Shown: positions 10,463-18,932 of the stretch, piece by piece
Layout: each line of letters starts with the position of its first letter
Numbering within the stretch: the stretch's first letter is position 1
NCBI GenBank assembly: GCA_002923395.1
Contig: BEIK01000001.1
Span: 21,331 to 85,330, forward strand
Direction: 5' to 3'
Length of the DNA stretch: 64,000 bases
Source of the DNA: a bacterium HR34
GTDB lineage: Bacteria; Patescibacteriota; Minisyncoccia; Minisyncoccales; HRBIN34
The notes under the pieces: model-generated
Seen by the model: the letters and a program-made list of their open reading frames with translations, nothing else
Told to the model about the DNA's origin: nothing
Database searches by the model: none
Position numbers and translations under genes: made by a program

Positions 10463-10528
10463 TAACTTCTTTCACTGCTTTTAAATTCTTAAAATTTCAG
10501 GGACCATTTTTATTTTCCATGTTATCTT

Positions 10529-10604
10529 TGGAGCGGGTGACGGGATTTGAACCCGCGACCTTCTCCATGGCAAGGAGACGTTCTAGCCGCTGAACTACAC
10601 CCGC
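10529..10604 (-). tRNA. tRNA-Gly(GCC), CCA encoded
   Basis: Cloverleaf GCGGGTG...CACCCGC-TCCA; anticodon arm TCTCC-TTGCCAT-GGAGA. Confidence 0.97.
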
Positions 10605-10646
10605 ATACTAATATTATATATAAATTTTATTTATTTTCAAAATTAT

Positions 10647-11501
10647 TTAAGATTCTATTAATTCTTTTTCATTTCTCAAAAATATAAATTCTTTTTCTGA
10701 TATACTTTCGGGATAGTATTTTTCTAAAATCTTCCTCTCTAATGCCGCAACTTCTTTTATAGAACTTCCTTTTTTATTTAAGTATTTTTCTATTTTATGA
10801 ATCATTATTACCTCTTTTAAATTGAGATCTTTTTTGCCATTCTCTAGATAATATATTAAATTTTCAAAAAATTTGGCTGAAAAAAAGAGACTTTTTTCTT
10901 TCTTTTCAATTTCGGAGACGTCATCTTTTATTATTTCCTTTTTTTCTGATAATGTTTTCAAATAATTCAAAAATTCATCCATCTGATTAAGATACAATGT
11001 TTCGAAATTCTTTCGTATACTCTCTTTTTTATCTTCATCTATCTTATCGCTTTTTATGAGTTCGATAATTTTATAAAGATTATTACGAGTATGTTGATCA
11101 TTACAGCCTTCCATAAAATATGCTATTATTAGTTCAGGTATAATTTTTTCAATACCTATTTCTTTAAAAGTTTTAACAATTTCACTTTTTATATCTTCTT
11201 TTAGCGATCCATAATTTAACAAATAAGAAATTTCTTTTATAACTTTATAATAATTATTTTTCACATATTCACGTTTTTCCTCTTCGTTATTTTTATTTTC
11301 TAGGTCTGTTATAATGTCCCTTATCGACGTCTTGAAGTTTTTAGTAATATTAAATTTTTCTAACTCATCTTTTTTTAGTTCGAGAAAATTTAAAATCTTA
11401 TCAATTGCTTTTTCGGTATCGTCTTTCTCGACTTTTCGTTCATTTTTGTTTTCTGTGCTTATATTTTTTGGTTTTTCTGGATTATCCATAATTTTTCTCA
11501 T
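10647..11501 (-). CDS. Hypothetical Lys/Glu-rich helical protein between two tRNA genes
   Basis: 284-aa ORF with no motif I recognise; real start may be the Met at 11489. Confidence 0.65.
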   Translation of the reverse strand: MRKIMDNPEKPKNISTENKNERKVEKDDTEKAIDKILNFLELKKDELEKFNITKNFKTSIRDIITDLENKNNEEEKREYVKNNYYKVIKEISYLLNYGSLKEDIKSEIVKTFKEIGIEKIIPELIIAYFMEGCNDQHTRNNLYKIIELIKSDKIDEDKKESIRKNFETLYLNQMDEFLNYLKTLSEKKEIIKDDVSEIEKKEKSLFFSAKFFENLIYYLENGKKDLNLKEVIMIHKIEKYLNKKGSSIKEVAALERKILEKYYPESISEKEFIFLRNEKELIES

Positions 11502-11502
11502 G

Positions 11503-11574
11503 TGCCGCAGGAGGGAATCGAACCCTCGACCCCATCGTTTTCAGCGATGTGCTCTACCACTGAGCTACCGCGGC
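11503..11574 (-). tRNA. tRNA-Phe(GAA)
   Basis: Cloverleaf GCCGCGG...CTGCGGC-A; anticodon arm CATCG-CTGAAAA-CGATG. Confidence 0.97.
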
Positions 11575-11577
11575 AAT

Positions 11578-11652
11578 TGGTGGGCGGTGTAGGACTTGAA
11601 CCTACGACCTTCTCGGTGTAAACGAGACGCTCTTCCACTGAGCTAACCGCCC
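11578..11652 (-). tRNA. tRNA-Val(TAC), CCA encoded
   Basis: GGGCGGT...ACCGCCC-ACCA; anticodon loop TTTACAC. Confidence 0.97.
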
Positions 11653-11689
11653 GAAAAAGCAAGGTTGGATACCACCTTGCTTTTATTTA

Positions 11690-11956
11690 TTATAATTGTT
11701 TTAAATCTTGTTCTATTCCTTCTAATTCTTGATTTACATCAGGAATTGTTTGTTCTAAATTTTGAAGATCTTGATTTATTTCCTCAACTGTGTCTCCTGG
11801 AGTTAATGCAGGTTCTTGTTGTTGTTCTTTTTGTATTTGCGTTGTAGGTTGTTGTGTACTTTTTTCAGAAAACAAGAAGTTACTTATTATAATCAATATT
11901 ACAGCAATAATTATTAGGATTATTATATATTTTATGTTTTCTTTCACTTTGTCCAT
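11690..11956 (-). CDS. Hypothetical membrane-anchored small protein
   Basis: N-terminal TM helix, Gln/Thr linker, acidic amphipathic tail. Confidence 0.7.
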   Translation of the reverse strand: MDKVKENIKYIIILIIIAVILIIISNFLFSEKSTQQPTTQIQKEQQQEPALTPGDTVEEINQDLQNLEQTIPDVNQELEGIEQDLKQL

Positions 11957-12000
11957 AAATTTATTTTAATTTTTAATTACTATTATTTTTGTTATTCAGT

Positions 12001-12837
12001 TTATTCTGTTCCTTCATTTGTAGAGTTGCCGTTTTGATTATTTTCTTGAGCCCCAGCGCTGTTTTTCAAAGCGTCTTTGATAGATAACACAACATTCCTT
12101 ATAGATAAAACTACATCTTTAATTTCATCACGCACTTTCTTATGATCTTCGATCATTTGCTGGACTGTATTTCTGAATGCCTCTTCTAAATTTTCTACTG
12201 ATTCTATTTCTACAACATATTCTTTCGCCTGTTGTCCCAAAACAGCTGTTCTTACCTCATCTATTTTATTTCTTGCCTTATCTATTAAGTCTTTTGTTTC
12301 TGATAAATCTACCTCTCTTTTAGTTTCTATTTTTAATGTCCTATCTTCGATTTTATTTAGAACTTCTTCTAGATGGTCTAAATGTCTTAAGTATGCGTTT
12401 GTAATTTTTCGGTTTACATTATTAATTTTTTCAGATAATCTCTCAGCTAAAATTATTTTCTTCTCATCTTTTATTTGTTGTATCTTTTGTCTAAATTCTT
12501 CTTTTATCTTTTCAATTTCTTCTTTCTTTTCCTCTCTAATTTGTTTTGCTCTTTCTAAAAGTTCACTCTTTTTCTCTTCTATTGCCTTTCTTCTTTCATC
12601 TTGAAATGTTTTTAATTTTTGTTCTATTTCTTCTTCACTTTTTATTTTTTCACCTTTTAATTCTTTCACAACACTTTCTGCTTTTTCTCTAATATTTTTT
12701 AATTCTATAAATTTATCTTTTGTATTTTGCTTATCTATTTTAATATCTGTTGGTTGGTTTGTAATCTGTTGTGCTCCTACTAAAACAGGAAATACTAATA
12801 TTACTAATAATGGTAATAATATAATTTTGTTTTTCAT
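12001..12837 (-). CDS. Hypothetical secreted coiled-coil protein
   Basis: Signal peptide ending 'VGA-Q' followed by long E/K-rich helices. Confidence 0.8.
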   Translation of the reverse strand: MKNKIILLPLLVILVFPVLVGAQQITNQPTDIKIDKQNTKDKFIELKNIREKAESVVKELKGEKIKSEEEIEQKLKTFQDERRKAIEEKKSELLERAKQIREEKKEEIEKIKEEFRQKIQQIKDEKKIILAERLSEKINNVNRKITNAYLRHLDHLEEVLNKIEDRTLKIETKREVDLSETKDLIDKARNKIDEVRTAVLGQQAKEYVVEIESVENLEEAFRNTVQQMIEDHKKVRDEIKDVVLSIRNVVLSIKDALKNSAGAQENNQNGNSTNEGTE

Positions 12838-12954
12838 ACTTTTTAAATTTTAATTAATAAATTATAAATATTTTTTGTCGACCTATAATAGTTAAATTAT
12901 AAAATATTATGATATTTTTTTGAAAATAAATTTTTATTAATAAAATTTTTAAAT

Positions 12955-13041
12955 TGGTGCCCAGGGTGGGATTTGAACCCACACGCCCTTTCGGGCCCAC
13001 GCCCCTCAAACGTGTGCGTATGCCGATTCCGCCACCTGGGC
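12955..13041 (-). tRNA. tRNA-Leu(GAG), CCA encoded
   Basis: GCCCAGG...CCTGGGC-ACCA; anticodon loop TTGAGGG; long variable arm. Confidence 0.96.
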
Positions 13042-13110
13042 AAAATAAAACTAAAATTGAGGTTTTTATATAATTTATTTTAAACCATTTTTAAGGTTTT
13101 TCCAAAGGTT

Positions 13111-13671
13111 TTATTTATTTTCTTGAGTGCTATTATTTTCTGTTTTACTATCTCCTTTTTGGTTTTGTTCTTGTTGACCGTTTTGATTTGTTGTTGTTTG
13201 TTGCTGTATTTGTTGGCTCTCTTTTTGCTGATTTTCTGTTGATTTCTCTTTGGTGGGTTGTTCTTCTTTAAGTTCTTCAGTGATTTCTTGAACTGCAGCT
13301 TCTTCTAAAATAATATTCTTCTTTCTTCTCAATTTCTCCTTTACTCTTTTAGGACTAATTTCCCTTATATAATAAATTTTAGATCTTTTTGCTATGTTAG
13401 GAGATACAATTTCTATTTTTTCAATAGTAGGTGAGTGTATCGGGAATATTCTCTCGACACCTATACCTCCTATAACTTTTCTTACTGTTATTGTCGCCTG
13501 CAACCCCTTTCCATGTTTTTTTGCTATAACAATACCTTCAAACATCTGCACTTTTTCTTTATCTCCTTCTTTTATTTTCTGATAAACTTTAACCTTATTT
13601 CCTGTTCTAATGGGAGGAATATTTGTTTTTTCTTGTTTTTTATTTATTTTTTGTACTAATAAATGTGTCAT
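13111..13671 (-). CDS. rplS: 50S ribosomal protein L19 with Q/E/N/T-rich C-terminal extension
   Basis: 'FEGIVIAK', 'TVRKVIGGIGVERIFPIHSP', 'KIYYIR'. Confidence 0.97.
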   Translation of the reverse strand: MTHLLVQKINKKQEKTNIPPIRTGNKVKVYQKIKEGDKEKVQMFEGIVIAKKHGKGLQATITVRKVIGGIGVERIFPIHSPTIEKIEIVSPNIAKRSKIYYIREISPKRVKEKLRRKKNIILEEAAVQEITEELKEEQPTKEKSTENQQKESQQIQQQTTTNQNGQQEQNQKGDSKTENNSTQENK

Positions 13672-13747
13672 ATTCTTGTTAAAATAAATTTATTATTAAT
13701 TATTTATACCACAATTTCTAAAAATAGCAAATTTTATTGCAGTGCAT

Positions 13748-14467
13748 TCAATCGTCAAAGTCTTCTAAATTTTTAGTAAATTCCATAAAATCAGTTGGCA
13801 GGGGAGATATAATTTCTATTTTTTTATCTTGAAATTCAAATGATATTTTGTGGGCATGAAGCATTGATCTTCTCACTTCTTTGTTTATTTTTCTCATATT
13901 TTTAAAACCATAAAGTTTGTCGCCAACAATAGCATGTCCAATAAAAGCCATATGGCACCTTATTTGATGCTTTCTGCCTGTTTTCGGAACTGCTTTTATC
14001 ATAGTTAAAACATTCTCTCCATATTTAAATCTTTTTAATACTTCATAGTAAGTTTCAGAGAATCTGTACCTTACACTTCCTTTCATTGGTATTTCATAAC
14101 ATCTTTGTTTTCTTCTGTCGGCCTTGCTTCTTGCCATAAAACATTTTATAACGCCGCTTTTCTGTTTTATATTTCCAAATACTAAAGCAATATACTCTTT
14201 TTTAATTTCACCTTTTTTGAATTTTTCCTGCATCATTTTAAGGATCTCGTTATTTTTGGCAACAAGCACAATCCCCGAAGTTTCTTTGTCTAATCTATGT
14301 ATTAATCCATATCGTGGAGGTTCACCAACATTTTTTAATTCTGGTAATGCTTTTATTAACTCTGACATTAAAGACAGTTGGTTTTCTGTTTCACTATAAA
14401 GTAGTATACCACACGGTTTTTCAACCGCTAGGATATTTTCGTTGGCTAATAAAATTTTGATTTCCAT
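13748..14467 (-). CDS. RluA/RluD family pseudouridine synthase (no S4 domain)
   Basis: 'VEKPCG', 'HRLDKETSG', 'TGRKHQIRCH', 'MLHA'. Confidence 0.93.
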   Translation of the reverse strand: MEIKILLANENILAVEKPCGILLYSETENQLSLMSELIKALPELKNVGEPPRYGLIHRLDKETSGIVLVAKNNEILKMMQEKFKKGEIKKEYIALVFGNIKQKSGVIKCFMARSKADRRKQRCYEIPMKGSVRYRFSETYYEVLKRFKYGENVLTMIKAVPKTGRKHQIRCHMAFIGHAIVGDKLYGFKNMRKINKEVRRSMLHAHKISFEFQDKKIEIISPLPTDFMEFTKNLEDFDD

Positions 14468-14528
14468 TGCTGTTTATTATATTTGTTTATTATATTATTT
14501 TGCTATATAACATTATACACACAAAAAT

Positions 14529-15362
14529 ATGATGATTGTAACATTTTTAAAAGAAGCCATACAAAATGAAAAATCAAAACAATTTATAGTTTTTAATGAT
14601 ATAATCGCAATAGCAATTTATCTCAATAATATTTATAATCTTAAAAACAGTTCCTTCTTACAGCATTTATTCTAATTTATTTTTTGTTACTGATGTAATA
14701 TTTACTTTTCTTTTTATGGTTGAATATGCAAGCGAATTTATTTTGCCAAAAACAGAATAAAATATATTTTTAGTCCCATTGGGATTATAGATGTTTTATC
14801 GTTTTTGCCAAGTTTAATTTTGGCGTTAATTCCTATTTTTACTCCTTTGCACACATTAAGAGTGTTGAGAGTTGTAAGGATATTGAGACTTTTGAGAATA
14901 TTAAGAATTTTAAAATTTGTTTCAATACTTTGCAGTAAATATTACGAATATTATTTAAGGTTTTCTACTATTAAAAAAATTAAAATACTTGATATTCAAA
15001 TTTATATATTTAACTTTTTCTCGTTTTTATTGGTATCTTCAACATTAATGTATATAGCAGAAAGTAGATCTGCTGATACTCCTTTTTCCAGCATACCTCA
15101 GGCTATGTGGTGGGCGATAGTTACAATTACAACTGTTGGATACGGTGATGTGATTCCTGTTACGACGCTTGGAAAAATTATAGCAGGTTTTACTATGATA
15201 GGAGACCTTGTGTTGGTAGCTTTATTGATAGCCGTTGTGGGTAGAATAGTTGAACATACTATTTTCGGATCTTTACTTTCAGAAGAAGAGAAAATTTTAC
15301 AGAAGAAAGATGCTAAGAGAAGACAATTTTATAATAATAGACCAAATAAAAGATTTAAATAA
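14529..15362 (+). pseudogene. Voltage-gated K+ channel (6TM) with two frameshifts in the 5' part
   Basis: Filter 'TTVGYGD' and S4 'LRVLRVVRILRLLRILRILK' lie in ORF 14805-15362. S1-S3 (MIVTFLKEA.., FISIIFIILKTVP..FMVEYA, RIYFAKNRIKYIFSPIGIIDVL) lie in three different frames upstream. Confidence 0.8.
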
Positions 15363-15390
15363 TTTTATCTTAGGATGATAAACTGATTGT

Positions 15391-16263
15391 TTAAGGCGCA
15401 GGTGATTTTTTCTTTGCTACAATCATGACTTCATAATAATTAACTCTAATATCTCCTTCAGGAGTTTCCTCATATTTTAATTTTTCTTTCAGTGTCTTTA
15501 TTTTATCTGACGGCGTTCTTTCAACAAGAACTTTCGCAAACTCTTTTAATTTATCTATCTTTTCATTTACTATTTTCTCTATTTCCTTATCACTTTTACC
15601 TTCCAACCTTTCTTTAGATATAAGATCGTCCTTTAATTGCGATAATGATAATGTTCTCTCAACGTCTTTTTCTTCCAAAATTTCGAAATTACTTTCTTCT
15701 AGTAATTTTATTATTTCATCTTTTGTTGGGAAGTATCTTTTTTCTGCTAATTCAAGATAACCGGCTAATTTATCCTTTTCCTTGATAAATTCTCTAAATA
15801 CTTCTTCTAGTTCTTTTGGTGCAACTGCATTCCATATAAAAAGTTTTCCTTCTGGCTTTAATATTCTGAAACATTCTTGGAAAAGTTTTACTTGTTTTTC
15901 TTTTGGTATTTCATGGATGCCCTGTTTTATTATTACTTTTGTAAAGGTGTTGTCTTTAAAAGGAGTGGATAGTGCATCTCCTTTTATAGTTGTTTCTATC
16001 CCTTCTTTCTCTGCTAGTTTAAGTTGCTTTTCGCTTTTATCCAAAAGAGTGATTTTAATATTAGGGTTTCTTTTAAGTATTCTTTTAGATATACTTCCAT
16101 AGCCTCCCATTAAATCAAGTATTTCATCATCTGGTTGGGGACCAATTATATCTATGAAATAATTTAAATTTTCTTCAGGTATTTTATATAATTTTTCATA
16201 TTCAACAATTCTATAATCATAGTCATTAGTTTTTTTATGTTCTTTTGATTCTGGTGTTTTCAT
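15391..16263 (-). CDS. Class I SAM-dependent methyltransferase
   Basis: 'ILDLMGGYG', 'LLDKS', 'GDALSTPFKDNTF', 'RILKPEG'. Confidence 0.88.
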   Translation of the reverse strand: MKTPESKEHKKTNDYDYRIVEYEKLYKIPEENLNYFIDIIGPQPDDEILDLMGGYGSISKRILKRNPNIKITLLDKSEKQLKLAEKEGIETTIKGDALSTPFKDNTFTKVIIKQGIHEIPKEKQVKLFQECFRILKPEGKLFIWNAVAPKELEEVFREFIKEKDKLAGYLELAEKRYFPTKDEIIKLLEESNFEILEEKDVERTLSLSQLKDDLISKERLEGKSDKEIEKIVNEKIDKLKEFAKVLVERTPSDKIKTLKEKLKYEETPEGDIRVNYYEVMIVAKKKSPAP

Positions 16264-16279
16264 AAATTTTTTTACTGTG

Positions 16280-16351
16280 TGCGCGCGGTAGGATTTGAAC
16301 CTACGACCTCTGCCGTGTGAAAGCAGCGCTCTGCCTCTGAGCTACGCGCGC
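16280..16351 (-). tRNA. tRNA-Val(CAC)
   Basis: GCGCGCG...CGCGCGC-A; anticodon arm CTGCT-TTCACAC-GGCAG. Confidence 0.95.
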
Positions 16352-16556
16352 ATTTTAATAAACTCTTCTTTAATTTATATTCTATATTTCTTGTATCTGT
16401 CATTATATTATACCTTTAATAAAGCACAAGTAAAACACAAGTATCCATGGTTTTTTTGTTAATTTCATTTACCTTAAATTTTTAACTGCGATCATTTAAC
16501 ACCAAATTTAAGGTTTTGCTTGAAGAATACGTATGGAAGAATACATATGCTTGAAT

Positions 16557-16580
16557 TCACACGAAGCACTAAATTACCAA
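16557..16580. repeat. 24-bp dispersed repeat, copy 1 (TCACACGAAGCACTAAATTACCAA)
   Basis: 22/24 identical to 45636-45659, including a 17-bp exact match. Confidence 0.75.
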
Positions 16581-16586
16581 ACACCA

Positions 16587-16900
16587 AGAGATGAAGGAAC
16601 AGGTTCTCATCACCTCCCTCATAAAAAAAATCGCCTATCCTGACAAAGCTCTTACAGAAAAACTAGAAAAGTTTTTGATAAAAAATAATATTGAATTTAA
16701 AAAACGCCATCGTGGACAATAGAACCTCTTACAGAGAAACAAAAGCATAAATACAAAAATATAAAAAAAGAGGGGATTACTACTGTGGAAATGTAATCTG
16801 CAGTTCTTTTTGTTGTCGCTCAAGTTAGGAAATTTAAAATAGCACCTGCTTTTGTTACTTCTGATGTTTTTGACGAGGAAAAATGGACGTCGGTTTAACG
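16587..16900 (+). pseudogene. Decayed nucleoside phosphorylase (PNP/UDP family), C-terminal half only
   Basis: Fragments across frames read RDEGTGSH.., AYPDKALTEKL, (W)TIEP..YRETK, EGITTVEM*SAVLFVVAQVR, AFVTSDV, matching the family motifs RDEGTS, YRET and VEME. Confidence 0.75.
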
Positions 16901-16987
16901 CAAAGCATGTAAATCAAAAACTATATCAGCCTTTCGACACCACTTAGAACGCTTGCTAAGTTAGATGTTCGAACTTTTCAACTTTTG

Positions 16988-17060
16988 TGGGCGTGGGTGG
17001 ATTCGAACCACCGACCCCAGCTTTATAAGAGCTGTGCTCTACCCGCTGAGCTACACGCCC
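16988..17060 (-). tRNA. tRNA-Ile(TAT)
   Basis: GGGCGTG...CACGCCC-A; anticodon arm CAGCT-CTTATAA-AGCTG. Confidence 0.93.
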
Positions 17061-17065
17061 AATAC

Positions 17066-18904
17066 TTATTTTTTACTCTTTCCTATAATTTTTTCAAACT
17101 CATCTTTTTCAATTGTTTCTTTTTCGATTAATGTTTGTGCCAATTTTTCTAAAAGTTTTTTCTTTTTCATAAGTATGGAATAGGCTTTTTTATAAGCTTC
17201 ATAAATTATATTCGACACTTCTTGATCAATAATTTCCAATGTTTTTTCTGATAGCTCACCCCCTTCTATTAAGGCTTTTCCCAAAAACAAAGAATCTTCT
17301 TTGATCTTTAGTGATATTGGTCCAAGTTTTTGCGACATACCATATTCTCTTACCATTTTTGTTGCTATCTGTGTTGCTTTTTCTAAATCAGATGAAGCGC
17401 CTGTTGTTATATCTTTAAAGGTAATTCTTTCAGCAACATACCCGCCCAAAAGAGTTGCTATTTCATCTATAAACTCATTTCTTCTCATAAAGCTTTTTTC
17501 TTTTGCTGGTAGTTTAAGAGTATATCCTGCTGCTCTTCCTCTTGATACAATAGATATTTTTCTTACAGGTTCTGCGTTTGGTACAGAAGCGCCAACAATT
17601 GCATGGCCAGATTCATGATAGGCTGCAATTTCTTTTTCTTCTGGCGATAAAAGATGACTTTTTCTTTCGGGCCCTAACAAAACTTTATCTATTGCTTCTA
17701 ATAATTCTGATTGGGTTATTTGTATTTTATTTCTTCTTGCTGCCAATATAGCAGCCTCATTCATTAAATTTTCAATATCTGCTCCTGAAAATCCTGGAGT
17801 TCTTTGCGCTATTTCATCTAAGTTAACATCTTTTGCAAGAGGTTTGTTTCTTGAATGGATTTTTAGTATTTCTTTTCTATCTTCAATGTCTGGTAAATCT
17901 AAGATTATTTTTCTGTCGAATCTTCCGGGTCTTAATAGGGCAGGGTCTAAGACATCTGGTCTGTTTGTTGCTGCTATTACAATTACTTTTGTCTCTCTCT
18001 CAAAACCATCCATTTCAACTAAAATTTGGTTTAGTGTTTGTTCTCTTTCATCGTGGCCTCCTCCCAAACCTGTTCCTCTTTGCCTTCCAACAGCGTCAAG
18101 TTCGTCTATAAAAATTATTGATGGCGCTGCTTTTTTTGCAACATCAAACAAATCTCTGACCCTGCTTGCTCCCACGCCAACAAACATTTCAACGAATTCA
18201 GATCCTGACATATGGAAGAATGGCACATTTGCTTCTCCTGCTATTGCTTGCGCTAACAAAGTTTTCCCAACACCAGCAGGTCCTGTTAACAAAACTCCCT
18301 TTGGAATTCTAGCGCCCATTTTTAAGAACTTTTCAGGATTTTTCAAAAACTCTACTATTTCTTGAAGTTCTTCTTTCGCTTCTTTTAATCCTGCTACATC
18401 AGAAAATTTAACTTTTTGCTTTGTACCTGTAAATAGTTTTATTCTTGCTTTAGAAAAAGAAAACGCCTGTCCTATTCCTGCTTTTGCCTGCCTGAATAAT
18501 CCCCAAAAGAAAATTATAAAAATAATGATTGGTAAAAATACGAACAGGAATGAGCCAACAATTCCTAAAACATCAACTTCTTTTTTTGGAATTATTTTTA
18601 TTGCTTTAAGGTTGTCGGGGGACACATCTAACAAAACAAGGTATTCTACTAGCGATATTTCAGACTCTTTAACGCTTTTCGCCTCTTTACCGTCTTTATA
18701 GACAATTTTTATGTTATTTCCTTTTATTTCTATTTCTTTTACTTTACCCTCGTTTATATCTTGAGCAAGTTGGTTTAAAGGAATTTCTTCTACTTTGTTT
18801 CTCTGAATTTCAAACGAAGACAATACACCTGAAATCAATAAGATAACAATAATAATTATTGCGATGTTCTTTATTAAATTTGGAACAGAGGAGTTTGAGT
18901 TCAT
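17066..18904 (-). CDS. ftsH: ATP-dependent zinc metalloprotease FtsH
   Basis: Two TM helices, Walker A 'GPAGVGKT', SRH 'TNRPDVLDPALLRPGRFDR', 'HESGH'. Confidence 0.98.
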   Translation of the reverse strand: MNSNSSVPNLIKNIAIIIIVILLISGVLSSFEIQRNKVEEIPLNQLAQDINEGKVKEIEIKGNNIKIVYKDGKEAKSVKESEISLVEYLVLLDVSPDNLKAIKIIPKKEVDVLGIVGSFLFVFLPIIIFIIFFWGLFRQAKAGIGQAFSFSKARIKLFTGTKQKVKFSDVAGLKEAKEELQEIVEFLKNPEKFLKMGARIPKGVLLTGPAGVGKTLLAQAIAGEANVPFFHMSGSEFVEMFVGVGASRVRDLFDVAKKAAPSIIFIDELDAVGRQRGTGLGGGHDEREQTLNQILVEMDGFERETKVIVIAATNRPDVLDPALLRPGRFDRKIILDLPDIEDRKEILKIHSRNKPLAKDVNLDEIAQRTPGFSGADIENLMNEAAILAARRNKIQITQSELLEAIDKVLLGPERKSHLLSPEEKEIAAYHESGHAIVGASVPNAEPVRKISIVSRGRAAGYTLKLPAKEKSFMRRNEFIDEIATLLGGYVAERITFKDITTGASSDLEKATQIATKMVREYGMSQKLGPISLKIKEDSLFLGKALIEGGELSEKTLEIIDQEVSNIIYEAYKKAYSILMKKKKLLEKLAQTLIEKETIEKDEFEKIIGKSKK

Positions 18905-18932
18905 TCTGTTTTGTCTTTATTTAGAGTTATTT

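Noticed and set aside
11314-11592. 92-aa + strand ORF, and likewise 16965-17183
   Set aside because: Antisense to tRNA genes and neighbouring CDSs.
10529-17060. Prophage or integrative element at the tRNA cluster
   Set aside because: No integrase, phage genes or duplicated tRNA 3' end (att site) seen.
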